From NCBI GenBank assembly GCA_964016885.1, contig OZ024743.1, positions 152,644,001-152,708,000 of the forward strand: 64,000 nucleotides of DNA, read 5' to 3'. The notes under the pieces were generated by a model that was not told the origin of the DNA, made no database searches, and was given only the letters and a program-made list of their open reading frames with translations. Made by a program: the position numbers and the translations under genes. Source of the DNA: Eledone cirrhosa. Its lineage: Eukaryota. Each line of letters starts with the position of its first letter. Within the stretch, counting starts at the first letter, position 1. Shown here in pieces: positions 1-13,426 of the stretch.

Positions 1-517
1 CTACATATCTCCTGATTTCTGCTTATGCTTATGAGCTGATAAACTCAGTTGCATACAGAAACATGGGCAGAAATCTATAAGTTCCTAGCTTATTTTAACC
101 TCAGCAGAAGTCGGGAGATATGTAGTCTTGATAAATAGAAAACAGCAAAAACGATGCCTTATTGATTACTTCACCCTGCTTTTGCTGAGGTTAGGTATGT
201 GATGTTTGTCATAACTTTAAAAAAGCCTTCAAATGTGTTTCATAAACATCTTGTATATTATTCAATATACAATACATACATTTATATGTAAAATTAGATT
301 ATTTTTCACAGCACAGATTTGCTGGTTATTATGCATTTGCAATTTACTCCTGGTATTAAAAGGATTGCCCATCTCTGCTTTATATGTTCTCTTATTCTGC
401 TAAAAATAGCAACGAAACCTTTCTCAAATGGCATCCTATCATTTTAAAAAATGTAACAAGATAAATATGTGAGATAATGAAAACCTAAATTCATTATGCT
501 TGAACAATGAATGGGAA

Positions 518-830
518 TGGCTTAGGGGTTAAGGTGTTTGGTACATGATCTTAAGGTCATGGATTTCATTCCTGGTAATGCATTGTGTCCTTGAGTAAGA
601 CCTTTTATTTCATGGCTGCTCCAGTTTACTCAGTTGGCAAACATTAGTTGTTCCTATGATTCAAAGGGCCAGCCTTGTCACACACTGTGTCATGCTGAAT
701 CTCTCTGAGATTTGCATTAAGGGTACATGTGTCTATGGAATGCTCTGCCAATTGCACATTAAATTAACAAACAGGCCATACCATTGATCAAACAACTGAA
801 ACACTTCTTGTTGGAACTGGCAGAGTTCAG
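518..830 (+). mobile_element. Degenerate tRNA-derived SINE
   Basis: tRNA-like head (ggcttaggggttaagg...gatttcattcc) followed by gtgtccttgagtaagac, a motif typical of SINE central domains. Confidence 0.45.
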
Positions 831-879
831 GCACATGTCTGAACAAAAGTATGGGAGGTTTACAATCTCCAGTGGCAAC

Positions 880-1080
880 CATGTGCATTTAGTGACTAAC
901 CCGGGTTTCACTGCTCATAGGGCTGAAGAGGGCATACTGTTGAAATATCGGTTGCTCTCTAATAAGTTTGGAGTTGAGCCTGTGGCAGTGGAGACCTCTG
1001 GCATTCTTGGCTCCTTGACCACACTCCTACTTACTACTATCGGGGTGGAGTTGTTTAACTGTGTTATTGCTATTCCCATG
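880..1080 (+). pseudogene. Fragment of restriction-like endonuclease (RLE) domain, CRE-like non-LTR retrotransposon
   Basis: ORF 784..1182 contains AHRAEEGILLKYRLL...EPVAVETSGILG...LLTTIG, matching the K..KY..L...P.AVET.G pattern of CRE-clade RLE domains. Confidence 0.5.
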
Positions 1081-1391
1081 CATCTCCCTTACCATTCTCT
1101 GGGGCAACATTTTCTCCACTCTGTCCACTGGGACCACAAGGTGGCATACAAATGTCCCCCATCCCTTAACACTAAGCATTAAAGTATTATGTTACATCCT
1201 CACTTGCTAACAAATATTGCTTATTGACCCAAGACCTAGGTGAAAGTGTAATTTATATATTTCCTTTTAAATATTTTTCGTCTTGTAGTTGATTTTGTTG
1301 TAGTTGTTGTTTCCTTTGTTGTGGTTGTTATATTTAACCAATTCAGATATTATACCCCATTTCAGTCACAAGTTACACATAATACAGTCTC

Positions 1392-1426
<35 letters not shown>

Positions 1427-2029
1427 CATTTATGATAACACACACCCACATCCACACCTATACACACATCATCATCATTTGATCATAGTATATACTGGTC
1501 TTAAACAACAGCAAAAATGTTCAAATCTGTAACCTATACCCTAATTTATTTTATATAGTAATTTGTGAACAACATTTATTGTTTACAGATCTACATAGAC
1601 CAATCTCTGCTTGACTATAATTCTGATTGAAATTATGTCAAAGGAGTGTCACTGCTTGTTCAGTTTCCAGTTAATGTTTAGAACTATCATTAATATATCA
1701 CATGCACATCCGGCTCATGCATACATGCACACACTCATACCTATATATGTTGGGCTTCTGCACAGCTTCCATCTATCAAGATTTACTAACAAGTATTTAT
1801 GTCATACTGATGTCAGTTTTTCATTTTGAGAGCATTGAAATAAGTACCAAATAAAATACCAGTGTCAATATAATCAAATAAAAAAATGACTAGAGATGAT
1901 GCAGAAGCATGGCCACAGTTAAAGGACTGAAACCAGTAGAAGAAGGATAGAAAGAGAACTCACCCATAAGCTTATAAATGTTCATGATGAAACAAATTGA
2001 AATACTTTGCTTGGATGTGCATTTAAAAG

Positions 2030-2255
2030 AGGACCAAGAGAAAACAAGATTGACAAATACACATTGCTGTTAGAAAAATATATCATCGATTTGTTCATAA
2101 TAGAAACAACTCATGTCACCAATAAATCGGCAATGGATTTTATCAACACTATTGGGGCAAAGCTAGTTGTGTGATCAGTGTAGCAGTCTCTACTTCATTG
2201 CTATGGCAGGAAATTTGCTTGCCAATTATCTGTGGTAATATGTTGTGTTGGAGTA
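2030..2255 (+). pseudogene. Second, more decayed CRE-like RLE fragment
   Basis: Manual translation ENKIDKYTLLLEKYIIDLFIIETT..AMDFINTIGAKL...IICGN, with stops and frameshifts. Confidence 0.35.
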
Positions 2256-3129
2256 CATCTGGATAAAGAGAACAATTAATGACAAGTTTCAAGAAAAAAA
2301 GAAGAAAACTACAAAACTGAAAAGACCTTCAACTATAATGAAAAGAAATTTAGATCTCTAATTAAACATTGATTTTATATTGTACATAAATATTGAATTA
2401 TCGCAGCCTACATTTTAATGAGACAGACAGTGTAGGAGCTTTGGCATGGTTACTCATTAACTCTCTCTCATTCTGGCAGTACTTATTCAAATATCATTAT
2501 AATGAACTAAGAGTTATTCTATGTGGTTATCAGCTAGATATATCAGCCAAATCTCTCTCAAAACTCTCATTAGAAAATGAAGTACTTGATATACAAAAAG
2601 GCAAGATGATCAAAAGATTATTCAATAAGAGCTGACCCTGAGTAAAACAACACCAACAATAACAAAATACATAAATATTGGCAGCTGTTAGAGTCTTCTC
2701 TCATATATTCTAGTTATTTGTGATATGTGTTCAAATTCGATGGTCAAGTTTTCTTTTGATTTCAGGGTTTAAGAAATAAAGTACCAGTCCAAGGAAGTGA
2801 ATTGGATGAATTATTACTGTCATATCAGCTGCCTTATGGTATTTGTTCTGGATTTTTTGTGTTTTGATTTCAAAATCTGATGTGACTTCTTTATGTGGTA
2901 GACTTAATCCATCACACAGTTGAACACTATCAACTGGTCAATAGTTGGTTTCTAATTGCAGGCATTTTAACCAGTCTCTAATTTAGTAATTTCCATTTTT
3001 ACCTCCTATAAGAGTTGAAGGCCTTGAAAAGTGTTATGGCACTGCCCTTCCCTATCTGATAAAACAATAAAAATAAATCTCTGAAGTTTCTGTCAAAAAG
3101 GAAGATCAAAAGAACCATCATCACATCAT

Positions 3130-3320
3130 TGGTGGATTGGCAGTATCAGTAGAGGGTTGGACGCCATGCTTTGCAGCACAGAGTTACGGCCCTTTATGAT
3201 CTGTGTTCAAATCCCGCCGAGGTTAACTTTGCCTTTCATCCTTACGGGGTCGATAAAATAAAGTACCAGTAATACACTAGGATAATTGCTGGCCTTGTCC
3301 CAAAAGTAGAAACAATTATT
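3130..3320 (+). mobile_element. tRNA-derived SINE, ~190 bp (Meta-domain-like)
   Basis: A box tggcagtatcagta, B box gttcaaatcc, gcctttcatccttacggggtcgataaaataaagtacc core; near-identical copies at 51201, 53153, 61592 and 63757. Confidence 0.8.
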
Positions 3321-4671
3321 TAATGTCTGCTTGCTCTGCTAGCAAGGATTAGACAAGTCTTCACAGACTAAATCTCAAATGTGTGAGAAAAAATGTTTAT
3401 ATGGAAATAAAATATTAAATTTGCAAACTTTTGAAATTGTGTATGAACAAGCATATTTGATATGCTTGCTATGAAGATATTCAAGGTCCTGTATATTTAA
3501 AGGTAGCATGTGTAGACCAGCTATGAATAATTAAAGTCACCTACTGGTTAGATAAAAAAAATAAAATAAATGCAAAATTTGTCACAGGCATGGATACCTG
3601 AGTTTTAATAGAAATTTGTATAATTAATTTGTAACAAATTTTTCCTAAATATCAGTGGAACCAAGGAAAACTCAAGAATAATTTACCAAGAGAGAAGAAA
3701 ATACAAAAATACAGAATTTTGAAACATTTATGCACAAAGAGATTTGAAAACAGGGAAAAATTCTGTTTCATGAGTATTAAAGAGGTAATAAGAAAAAGCA
3801 ATGAAGAATGTGATTTTGAATTTTTTTGTAACACGAAGGACAACAACATGATGTTCACCTTTAAACACTGAGAAGATTTTATGGGTTAAATCTACAATTC
3901 AGTTCCATAAAATTCCTTTCACTAATTTATCTGGTAATAAAATCTTTCAAGAACAAGAATTCAAAGTCACTGCTAATTTTTTTTTATTGCTATATAACAT
4001 GAATTTATGTTTGTAAACAAATGCTAATGTATACAAGGAATCAGAGCAGAAGATCACCAATGCATGCCATTACCAGAAGATAGGATATAAAAATGGCTGA
4101 AGTGATGTACAAGGAACTGAAGTTATTTACACAAATAGGGGTAGTGGGGCTGGTAAACTATTTCTTTCTCTGAAATAGCTTCATTGACGAAGCTTTTAAA
4201 AGAACATACATACATACAGACATACATTCATACATACATGGTGGCTGCCAACTCGTTTTCGAGTACGGCCACTACTTTATATCCATGTAGAAGAACCCCT
4301 ACCAATGCGCTGAACGAGTGTGAATTTTTAGTCCAGCAAGCGACTTGAAAACTCTGGTACAAACACTACACTTGTGACAATTATTGACACAATGCTGGGC
4401 CCATGGTACCATGTTACGACAAGTGCAGAGAGATCTCCAGATATAAAGCAATGCCTGTGCCGTGAAGCTTTTATAGTGAGCAAAGCCAGTCCCACTCTCT
4501 TAACCAAGATGATATTTACCAAAAAGAAGAACAAGTCAACATCATTGGATACCATCAGGGTTGCAGGTGTTATATCAAGGTTTTCCTTCTCCTAGAATTC
4601 TGTCTTGACAAAGGCTAAGGGGTCATCTCTCCCGGTGATTTTGGATGGCCATTGACTCTTAAGAGCTCCTT

Positions 4672-4775
4672 TATACATACATACATACATACATACATAC
4701 ATACATACATACATACATACATACATACATACATACATACATACATACATACATACATACATACATACATACACA
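4672..4775. repeat. (TACA)n microsatellite
   Basis: Direct; further (TACA)n arrays at 4205-4240 and 5431-5510. Confidence 0.95.
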
Positions 4776-4779
4776 TTAA

Positions 4780-5430
4780 AAGCTACAACAATGTGGAAGA
4801 CATCCATGTACATAATATGAAAGAGTACTGGTAGAATGTTCCAGTAAAAACCCCAATAAAATGCAGGCATAACAGACCAGATATTATGATATGGGACAAG
4901 GAGAAGAAAACATACACAGTAGTGAAAATTAGCTGCCCAGCAGATGCTAATATAATATCAAAGATTAGTGAAAAGGAGAATATTTATGCAGAACTGATGA
5001 GAAATCTGCAGATACTCCACCCTGATTACACCTTCAAATTTATGCCTGTGATTATTTGAGGCACTGGGATATGTTAGTAACTACCTCAATACAAATCTTG
5101 AGAAGCTGGGCTTCACAGGAACAGAAAGAACACAACTAGTTAGGAAATTACAAGTACAATCCATTAATGGAACAGTAAAAATATGTAAAACATTCCAAAA
5201 ATTTTGCATCTAATAACTGCATATACACATGTACAGATACAAAGTATATACACATGCACACATACAACTCAAAACATACACATCCACACATACAATAACA
5301 TCCATATCTACACATGCATGCATCTACCTAGTTGATGTTGTGTAAATTCCAATGAGAGAGTCTTGTGTCTATGTTAGAAACCGACTCTCTCTCTATTGGT
5401 AAAACTTTGTGAAATTATAAACCCAGAAGG
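4780..5430 (+). mobile_element. 3' end of an RLE-type (R4/Dong-like) non-LTR retrotransposon, between (TACA)n arrays
   Basis: Translation EYW*NVPVKTPIKCRHNRPDIMIWDKEKKTYTVVKISCPADANIISKISEKENIYAELMRNLQILHPDYTFKFMPVII carries RLE motifs (RPD...P...K..K..Y). Confidence 0.7.
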
Positions 5431-5481
5431 ACATACATACATACATACATACATACATACATACATACATACATACATACA

Positions 5482-5512
<31 letters not shown>

Positions 5513-7259
5513 TTATTTATTTATTTATTTCTATTTGAAGGAATAATCTGAAACTTCAATATTTTCTTTATTTACATTTTCGAGTATCCTGTATAAACAA
5601 AAGAGAATGTAATGCTGAAATCTCAGCTCTAGATTTTTTAGCAGCACATTCTAAACAAAAAGCATTTTGTAAATATTAAATGCTCTATTTTACAATTCTG
5701 TTTTATAAACCAAGAAATATTTCAGAAATATTTCGGAATTTTTATCCCCAAACTGAAATTTTATTTAACATTTTCAGATATTACAACTTGCTAAAAGTAA
5801 TTTTTTGTATATATTGCCTTAAGCATTTTAAACCAAAATTACATAATGTACTTTAGATAGCTCTCAAAATCTTATTGTATAAATAAATTATAAGTTTTGT
5901 AACTTGTATGTCTTAATGAAAAATATCTTATTTCACAACAGACACCATCACGATTATGATTATATTGCTAATGGTTATAATTGTTAAAATAAGTAATAAA
6001 AGCAATAGAATGGAAGAAATGGTAAAATATCAGACAGCATGTCTCCTTGTAGTATTTAGTTTTGTTTTTATATGTCCTGTCTTCAACTCTTATCTCTCCG
6101 AGTTTGATAAATTAGTATCAGATATACACTGGCAATATATAGTGTTAAAATGAGAAATAATTAGCCAATGAAAGAGCCTCTATATGATCAAATGATCAGC
6201 TAGAATTAGCAGCCCAATCTCTCTCAAATTATGCCCTACAAGTTAAAGATGGAAGGAGACATATTAAATACTCTAATGGTGTTGTTATTATCATTGGCAA
6301 ACATACTCTATGTTTGCCAATGATAATAACAACACCAGCAACAACAACCAGATAGATCTTTCCTCTGAAAGTTATACTAACTGGCAAACTGGCAGAGTAG
6401 TGTAGGACAAAATGCTTTGTGTTCCAACTTACTGCATTCTGAGTTCCAATCCTGCCAAAGTTAATTTTAATTTTCATTTCAAGTTCAATAAAATAAAGTA
6501 CCAGTCCAAGGTAGTAAATTGATGGAAATGTTATAACATCAGATTCAATGTGATATTTGTTCTGGCTCTTTGATTTCTAAGTTGCTAGGTTAATTTGTCA
6601 CTCAGTTTAACACCACCACCAACACCTAGTCCTTTGATGCTTTTAATGGAATTCACTCTGTTGCAAGCATTTGGAACACATTTCCAATTTGGGAATAACT
6701 CCCTCGTTTCCTTTTGCCAAGTTTGGAGATCTGAAAAAAAAAAAAGAATATATATCATCATCATCATCACCACCACCGTTTAACGTCCATTTTTCCATGC
6801 TGGCATGGATTAGACGAGTTATCCTGTTGTGAGTAATGCCAGGTCAGGTGACCAATATTCTAGCTGTCAAAATGGCTGGAGTTCAACCGTCAGGGTCCTG
6901 ACTCTTTCCCTATATATATAAATTATATATATATATATGTATATATATATATTGTTATACTTTTGGAGGGTCATGTTGCCAATAAGAAACACACGCACCA
7001 GTTGCTTTCACTTCAATTTATTATATATTTATAAATTCATAAATTTACAAATCTACAAACTTATAAATTTCTGGTTGGTTGGTTGGTTCTACAACCAAAT
7101 AGTTGTTTATATATAGTCATAGTCCTTTCGTCACACACTCTGTGACCTCTTCAGTGACTGGGGATTCCTTTCTTTGTTTCTGTGCCTTTCCTTTCTTCTG
7201 TCCTACGCCATTTTGTTTCTGTGTGTGTGTTGTGTGCTCAGTTTGCGCATGCACCACAT

Positions 7260-7629
7260 CCATATAACCTGTAAAATAAGCCCCCATATTAACTGTAAAA
7301 CTAGAAATGTAGTGTATAGCATAAGATGTACTGAAGGACAATGTAGAAACAAAAATATAGTGTACATAGGTGAGACAGCTCGTAGTATAGGGGAACGAAT
7401 AAATGAACACGGGCGAGACCTTCAAGATAATAAAGAATCATCTGTGCTCTACCAACATGCTAAGATAGAGCACAGGGGTAAATTAGAGAACATAGAAATA
7501 AAAATAGAATCCACACACAGAAAAGATGCAATGTTTAGGCAAATTACAGAGACAGTAAGCATAAAAGAATTACAACCAAAATTAAATAGAAAATATGAGT
7601 GGAACAGCAACATCACAACTTACAATTAA
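7260..7629 (+). pseudogene. PLE GIY-YIG endonuclease (C-terminal fragment)
   Basis: NCKTRNVVYSIRC...YIGETARSIGERINEH...QH...RQITE...LNRKYEW. Confidence 0.9.
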
Positions 7630-7845
7630 GGACAAAATGAAAACACACACACACATAGAACAAACAACCAACCAACAACATGTAAATAAATAAATAAATA
7701 AATAAACAAATAGATAAATGAACACAAACACACACAGACACCCGGATGTGGCGCATGCGCAAACTGAGCACACAACACACACAGAGAAACAAAATGGCGT
7801 AGGACAGAAGAAAGGAAAGGCACAGAAACAAAGAAAGGAATCCCC

Positions 7846-7890
7846 AGTCACTGAAGAGGTCACAGAGTGTGTGACGAAAGGACTATGACT
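7846..7890 (+). ncRNA. Minimal type-I hammerhead ribozyme (family A)
   Basis: agtca-CTGAAGA-ggtcacagagtgtgtgac-GAAA-g.ga.c-TA-tgact; stem I agtca/tgact; mirrored in the inverted arm near 7115-7160; mutated copies at ~9919-9961 and ~26631-26675. Confidence 0.8.
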
Positions 7891-8139
7891 ATATATAAAC
7901 AACTATCTGGTTGTAGAACCAACCAACCAACCAGAAATTTATAAGTTTGTAGATTTGTAAATTTATGAATTTATAAATATATAATAAATTGAAGTGAAAG
8001 CAACTGATGCGTGTGTTTCTTATTGGCAACATGACCCTCCCAAAGTATAACAATATCGGTTTCGACACACGATTTCAGATAAAGAATTCAGAAACGAAAT
8101 ATATATATATATATATATATACATATATATATGTATAGT

Positions 8140-9190
8140 AATAATAATAAAATTGAAGACTAAAATCCAAAGAGGGCTCGATAAGGAAAATATACATCAA
8201 ATATATAAGAACCGTAGAGCAAATATTTACTAAAATAACAGATTAAAGTTTAAGCAAAGAATCGCTGCTTTCAGCGATTACCCGTATGTTTTGTGAAGGT
8301 ATGTATACCTTCTCGTACGTATATTTGACTGTTATAGCGTATAATTTTTACATATTCTGGTATTTAGGGTTTGGCTATGTGTATACGGGAGTTTTGCGTC
8401 CGCGTGAGTGTGCAGGTTCGTACGTATGGTGGGTGTGTGTATATGTGTACTTCTTGTTTTAGTTGACTTACGTCTCCGAACATTCGTGTATTTATATGTA
8501 GGTATGCGTGTGCGCTTGTTATATACGTATTTATTTACTTATATACGTTTATATAATTATTTATTTATTTGTACACAAGCATACACACACACACACATAT
8601 TTATATGTGCGTGGTTTTGTATACACATGGTAAGGTTTTGCGTATGCTTGTGTATGTACGTATCTGTTTGCGTGTATGTATTTATTTGTTCCTATTACTT
8701 CTGTATTGTATTTATTTACTTTGTTCTTAACTCTGTAGCGGAGATTCATTTGGTCTCCTAGTTAGAATTTTAGTCTACGATTTCTGCTATACCATTTACG
8801 TGGTTTTGTCTTTGCGTGCTATTGTTCTCCACGCTCCACATATGACTTATTATCTTCGTTTTTTCGTTCATTGCCAGAGAACGTCTCTATGCACCACCTA
8901 AGAGAACATTAGTCTACGACCTCTTTTATACCATAAACGTGGTTTTGTCTTTGCGCGTAATTGTTTTTCACCGCTCCTATTAATGACGTATTATTCGTTT
9001 TTTCCCGTTCTTTGCCAGCGAACGTTACCACGAACCAAAGTATCGTCTTCCTGTCTTCCTCCGGTTGCAACGTTTTTTGAAATAGCCAGTTCTGCGTTTA
9101 CAGATTGACTTTGTTAGTTTCTGAAGATCCCGTTAAAGGTGAAAGCAGCGATTCTTTGCTTAAACTTTAATCTGTTATTTTAATAAATAT
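8140..9190 (+). mobile_element. PLE 3' UTR/pLTR (family B) with inverted arm
   Basis: 8140-8273 is inverted relative to 9140-9190 and 13708-13850; HHR at 9116; further fragments at 13685-13850 and 35705-35790. Confidence 0.75.
9116..9166 (+). ncRNA. Type-I hammerhead ribozyme (family B)
   Basis: agttt-CTGAAGA-tcccgttaaaggt-GAAA-gca[gcgattctt]tgc-TT-aaact; stems I and III pair, stem II is weak. Confidence 0.7.
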
Positions 9191-9209
9191 ATATATATAT
9201 GTATATATA

Positions 9210-10180
9210 TATTGTTATACTTTGGGAGGGTTATGTTGCCTCTGTGATTTGTCTAAACATTGCGTCTTTTCTGTGTGTAGATTTTATTTTTATTTCTATG
9301 TTCTCTAATTTGCCCTTAGTACTGATGAATCTTTTCTATCTTGAAGCTCTCACTAGTGTTCATTTAATCATTCTCCTATGCTATTAACTGCAAAACTAGA
9401 AACAGTATATAGCATAAGATGTACTGAGGGACAATGTAAAGATAAGAATATAATGTACATAGGTGAGACAGCTCGTAGCATAGGAGAACGATTAAATGAA
9501 CACTGGCGAGAGCTTCAAGATAGAAAAATCTCATCAGTACTCCACCAACATACTAAAATAGAACATAAGGGCAAATTAGAGAACATAGAAATAAAAATAA
9601 AATCTACACACAGAAAAGACGCAATATTTTGACAAATCACAGAGGCAATAAACATAAATGCACTCCAACCAAAATTAAATAGAAAACATGAATGGAATAG
9701 CAACATCACAACTTACAATTAAGGACAAAATGAAAACACACACACATAGAACAAACAACCAACTAGTAACATGTAAATAAACAAATAAATAAACAAATAC
9801 AAACACACACAGACACCCGGGTGTAACACATGTGCAAACTAAGCACACAATACACACAAAAACAAGATGAGATAGGACAGAACAAGAGAGAGGCACAAAA
9901 CAAAGTAAAGAATCCCCAGTCACTGATGAGGTCACAGAATGTGTGACGAATGAACTTTGACAATATATGAAAAACCATCCGGTTGTGGAACCAACCAGCC
10001 AACCGGAAATTTATAAATTTTATAAATTTTTTAGATTTATAATTTAATTTATAATAAATTAGAGTGATGCTACTGGTGCGTGTGTTTCTTATTGGCAACA
10101 TGACCCTCCCAAAGTATAACAATATCGGTTTCAACACACGTTTTCAGATAAAGAATCTTGCTAAACAAATTCAGAAACGA
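9210..10180 (+). mobile_element. Second family A PLE fragment (GIY-YIG pseudogene + pLTR, discontinuous inverted arm)
   Basis: High similarity to 7290-8100; GIY-YIG 9384-9722 with an internal stop; 9210-9383 is made of inverted pieces. Confidence 0.9.
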
Positions 10181-10189
10181 TATATATAT

Positions 10190-12420
10190 GCAGAACCAAC
10201 ACCCAACCTTATCAACTTACTCTCCAAAGGTCTTAAATTCACACCGACCCCACTACGTCCTAACTACTATGAAATGAAGGAAGACATCACAGAATTCTGT
10301 AGAAAGTTACGACTTAGTGAACAACTATTCGACCAGTACAATGAGGATGAATCATTATCCTGAAATAGAAGCAATTGCACCCCTTCAAAAGGTAGAAATA
10401 AAATCCTGGACGAATTCTGTGAACACATCACAAACTTCCCTTACCAACACTTGCACAGACAAAAACACAAGCCAAACCTCAACAAGAAAGAATGGGAAGA
10501 ATTAAATAGATTAAAAACCGACAGAACCATTACAATTAAAGAGGCTGATAAAGGGAGTACAGTAGTCCTAATGGAGACAGAATTCTATATCAACTTAGCG
10601 CTCTCCACTTTGGAAAACGAAACATACTATGAAAAGGCTGAACACTACAATCAACAGAAAATTATGAGAAACCTAAAAACTCTAATCAACCAATACAAAG
10701 AAGGACTCACTAACAAGGAATTCAGCTTCATCACAGACTTCACAAGTAAATCCAGCCTTTTCTACGGTATCACTAAAGTACATAAAAGCGAATCAATAAG
10801 TAAGGCATGCAAGGAAGCCACAGACATAGTCATCAATGTCCCCTCACCCAATGATCTCAAATTAAGACCTATAATAGCAGGCCCCGCTTGCGAAACGCAC
10901 CGTCTTAGCAACTTCATTGATACCCTTCTCAAACCCTTCCTCAAGCACATCAAAAGCTATATAAGGGACGACCTAGATATGCTCAATCACCTCCCTAATA
11001 TGCCACTTTCTGAACAAACCCTACTAGTGACGTTCGATGTAGTCAACCTATACTCCAACATCCCCCACAACCTAGGAATAGAAGCTATCCAATTCTGGCT
11101 GGATAATTTCCACAATGAACTCCCACAACGCATCAAAAAAGAATTCGTGATAGAGGGACTCAAATTTATCTTGGAGAACAATTACTTCGTTTTCAATAAC
11201 AAACCCTACAGGCAGAAATCTGGGACCGCTATGGGAACGAAAACAGCCCCTACTTATGCCAACCTAGTCATGGGATACCTGGAAATCACCCTCTACACTA
11301 AAGTCCTAAACACATTTGGAAACACCCTCCACTTACACATTGAAAGGAACTGGAAGCGATATCTAGATGACTGCTTCATCCTTTGGCACGAAAACATCGA
11401 AAAACTTAAAGAATTTCACACCCTTATAAATGGGCTCAACACAAATATTAACTTCACGATGGAATACAGCCATCAACAACTCCCCTTCCTCGACATCCTC
11501 ATTAAGATCCATAACAAAAAAATTGAAACAGACATATACTACAAGCCCACAGACTCCAAGCAATATCTCCTCTTCAACTCTTGCCACCCTAGACACGTTA
11601 AAATTAATATTCCCTACAACTTAGCCAAGAGAATCTGTACTATAGTCTCCAATAAAAACATCTGCTACTTACGGCTACAAGAACTAAAGGACACACTCAT
11701 AGGCAGGGACTACCCTGCATCACTAATTGACAATGGAATCCAACGTGCCCTAAAATTCAGTACCCAGGACCTTAGACACCCTAAAGTAAATCAACCAAAA
11801 CTAAAAGCTCTTCCATACATCTCCACACACAACCCCCTCAACAATGAGGCCTTTGACACCATCCTCCAGAACATCCCTGTATTGAAAAAGGACCATAGAA
11901 TGAACCAAATTCTACGAACACACGATATCATAAAGAGGAAAAGACAATCCAAGTCAATGAAAAACATCTTAACACATGCCAAAGTACTGCCAACCACAAC
12001 AACGAAACCCACAGTAAAAAAATGCGATAGACCCAACTGTGGCATTTGCATCAACCTAATAGAGGGTTCGGAATTCTATTTCAAAGATGGACAACGTTTT
12101 ATAGTAAAACACAATTTCACATGTGCATCGGAAAATCTAATATATGTATTAACTTGTTCAGGTTGTCGAGAACAATACATAGGCCAGACCAAATACAGCC
12201 TCCGCCAACGCATGACTGTCCATAGATCCCAAATTAAAATACGGGAATACAGGAAAATACCACTGAGTGAACACATTGATACCTGTGCCGCCTAAAATCA
12301 TCCCAACTTCAGAATCTTTCCCCTCTACAAATTTAAAGATAATGCCACCCACACCCAGCGCATCAGCAAGGAATCTTTCTTCATTAACAAATACGGACCC
12401 CGTCTAAACACTTCTCCCTA
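10190..12420 (+). mobile_element. Penelope-like element, Neptune-like, RT + Cys linker + C-terminal GIY-YIG; 5'-truncated and disrupted
   Basis: LSKGLKFTPTP, ADKG, LRPII, FDVVNLY, GTAMGT..APTYANL, RYLDD, YYKPT, SCHP, CDRPNCGIC linker, LIY..TCSGC..QYIGQT...R..H; frameshift near 10360; stop at 12293-12295, then reading continues to LNTSP*. Confidence 0.92.
10451..12295 (+). pseudogene. PLE reverse transcriptase/GIY-YIG polyprotein (614-aa open stretch)
   Basis: ORF track; PLE-type RT motifs including YLDD. Confidence 0.9.
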
Positions 12421-12948
12421 AGACGAACCCACAACATACACACGTCAACATACATACCTACATCAGCACACATCTCTACCCACATATAAACACAATGACA
12501 CACGTAAACACACATGCTCTATGGTGCAATACAAAGAAATATATGTGCATATATATGTATGTATATATGTATATATATATATATATATGTAGTGAATATA
12601 TGTGTGTGTATATATATATAGTGAATATCATTTCACACCTTTTATTGTTAAGATTTTTGATGTTCTATTAAGAGAACCGATTTTACTGAAAAAATCGAAT
12701 AATGTACACCATTTTACCAGGGGGAAAAATACTGGTCCACCCCCACACACACACACATATATACACAAACACATACACACGCGTACATCAACATACAAAG
12801 AGACTTATATACACACACACACACACACACACACGCACTTCTCCGTATAAGACAAAAGCTGAAAAATATCTTTTGACCTGCTAAAATACCCCCCATTGCT
12901 TTCAGACACATTCTTACTGACCATCCCTGCCACCACAAATTACTCTGC

Positions 12949-12949
<1 letters not shown>

Positions 12950-12995
<46 letters not shown>

Positions 12996-12996
12996 A

Positions 12997-13039
<43 letters not shown>

Positions 13040-13108
13040 ATCTTAATAGCCATTTGACACACATCGCTGCTGGCCATTGTCGCAGCATCGAACACCTTAC
13101 TACTACTA

Positions 13109-13153
<45 letters not shown>

Positions 13154-13170
13154 CACACACACACACACAC
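12950..13170. repeat. (CA)n arrays
   Basis: Direct. Confidence 0.95.
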
Positions 13171-13199
13171 ATATTTGTTGTGAAAGAGTCATTTCTCAA

Positions 13200-13426
13200 T
13201 CTTGGCGCAAAACCAATTTTTTATTCACATGACCTCTACCGACCAATCAAAATTGTTTTGACCAAGAATTTTTGCTGGAGCCACTTTTTTAACATAAAAA
13301 CAGTCTTGGCGCAAAATCAACTTTTTACATTCACATGACCTCTACCGACCAATCAAAATTGTTTTGACCACAAGAATTTTTGCAACACAAAAATAATGCT
13401 GGAGCCACTTTTTTAACATAAAAACA
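13200..13426. repeat. Tandem duplication, ~105-120 bp unit
   Basis: cttggcgcaaaa...ttcacatgacctctaccgaccaatcaaaattgttttgacc...gctggagccacttttttaacataaaaacag occurs twice. Confidence 0.85.

Larger units (their letters stand above)
6952..8100 (+). mobile_element. 5'-truncated Penelope-like element (family A) with inverted pLTR
   Basis: 6952-7260 is the reverse complement of 7745-8055; the central part encodes a GIY-YIG C-terminus; flanked by (TA)n. Confidence 0.9.

Noticed and set aside
3130-3220. tRNA gene
   Set aside because: A/B boxes belong to a SINE head; no complete cloverleaf
3655-3870. Possible host exon (open, K/E-rich, ag...gt)
   Set aside because: No recognisable homology or partner exons; A-rich sequence is often open by chance
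7174-7260. Hydrophobic signal-peptide-like start of the GIY-YIG ORF
   Set aside because: It is the inverted pLTR read through by chance
10064-10363. 99-aa ORF as the N-terminus of the Neptune-like element
   Set aside because: Chimeric: the first ~40 codons are family A pLTR plus TA; only sequence after ~10190 is PLE protein
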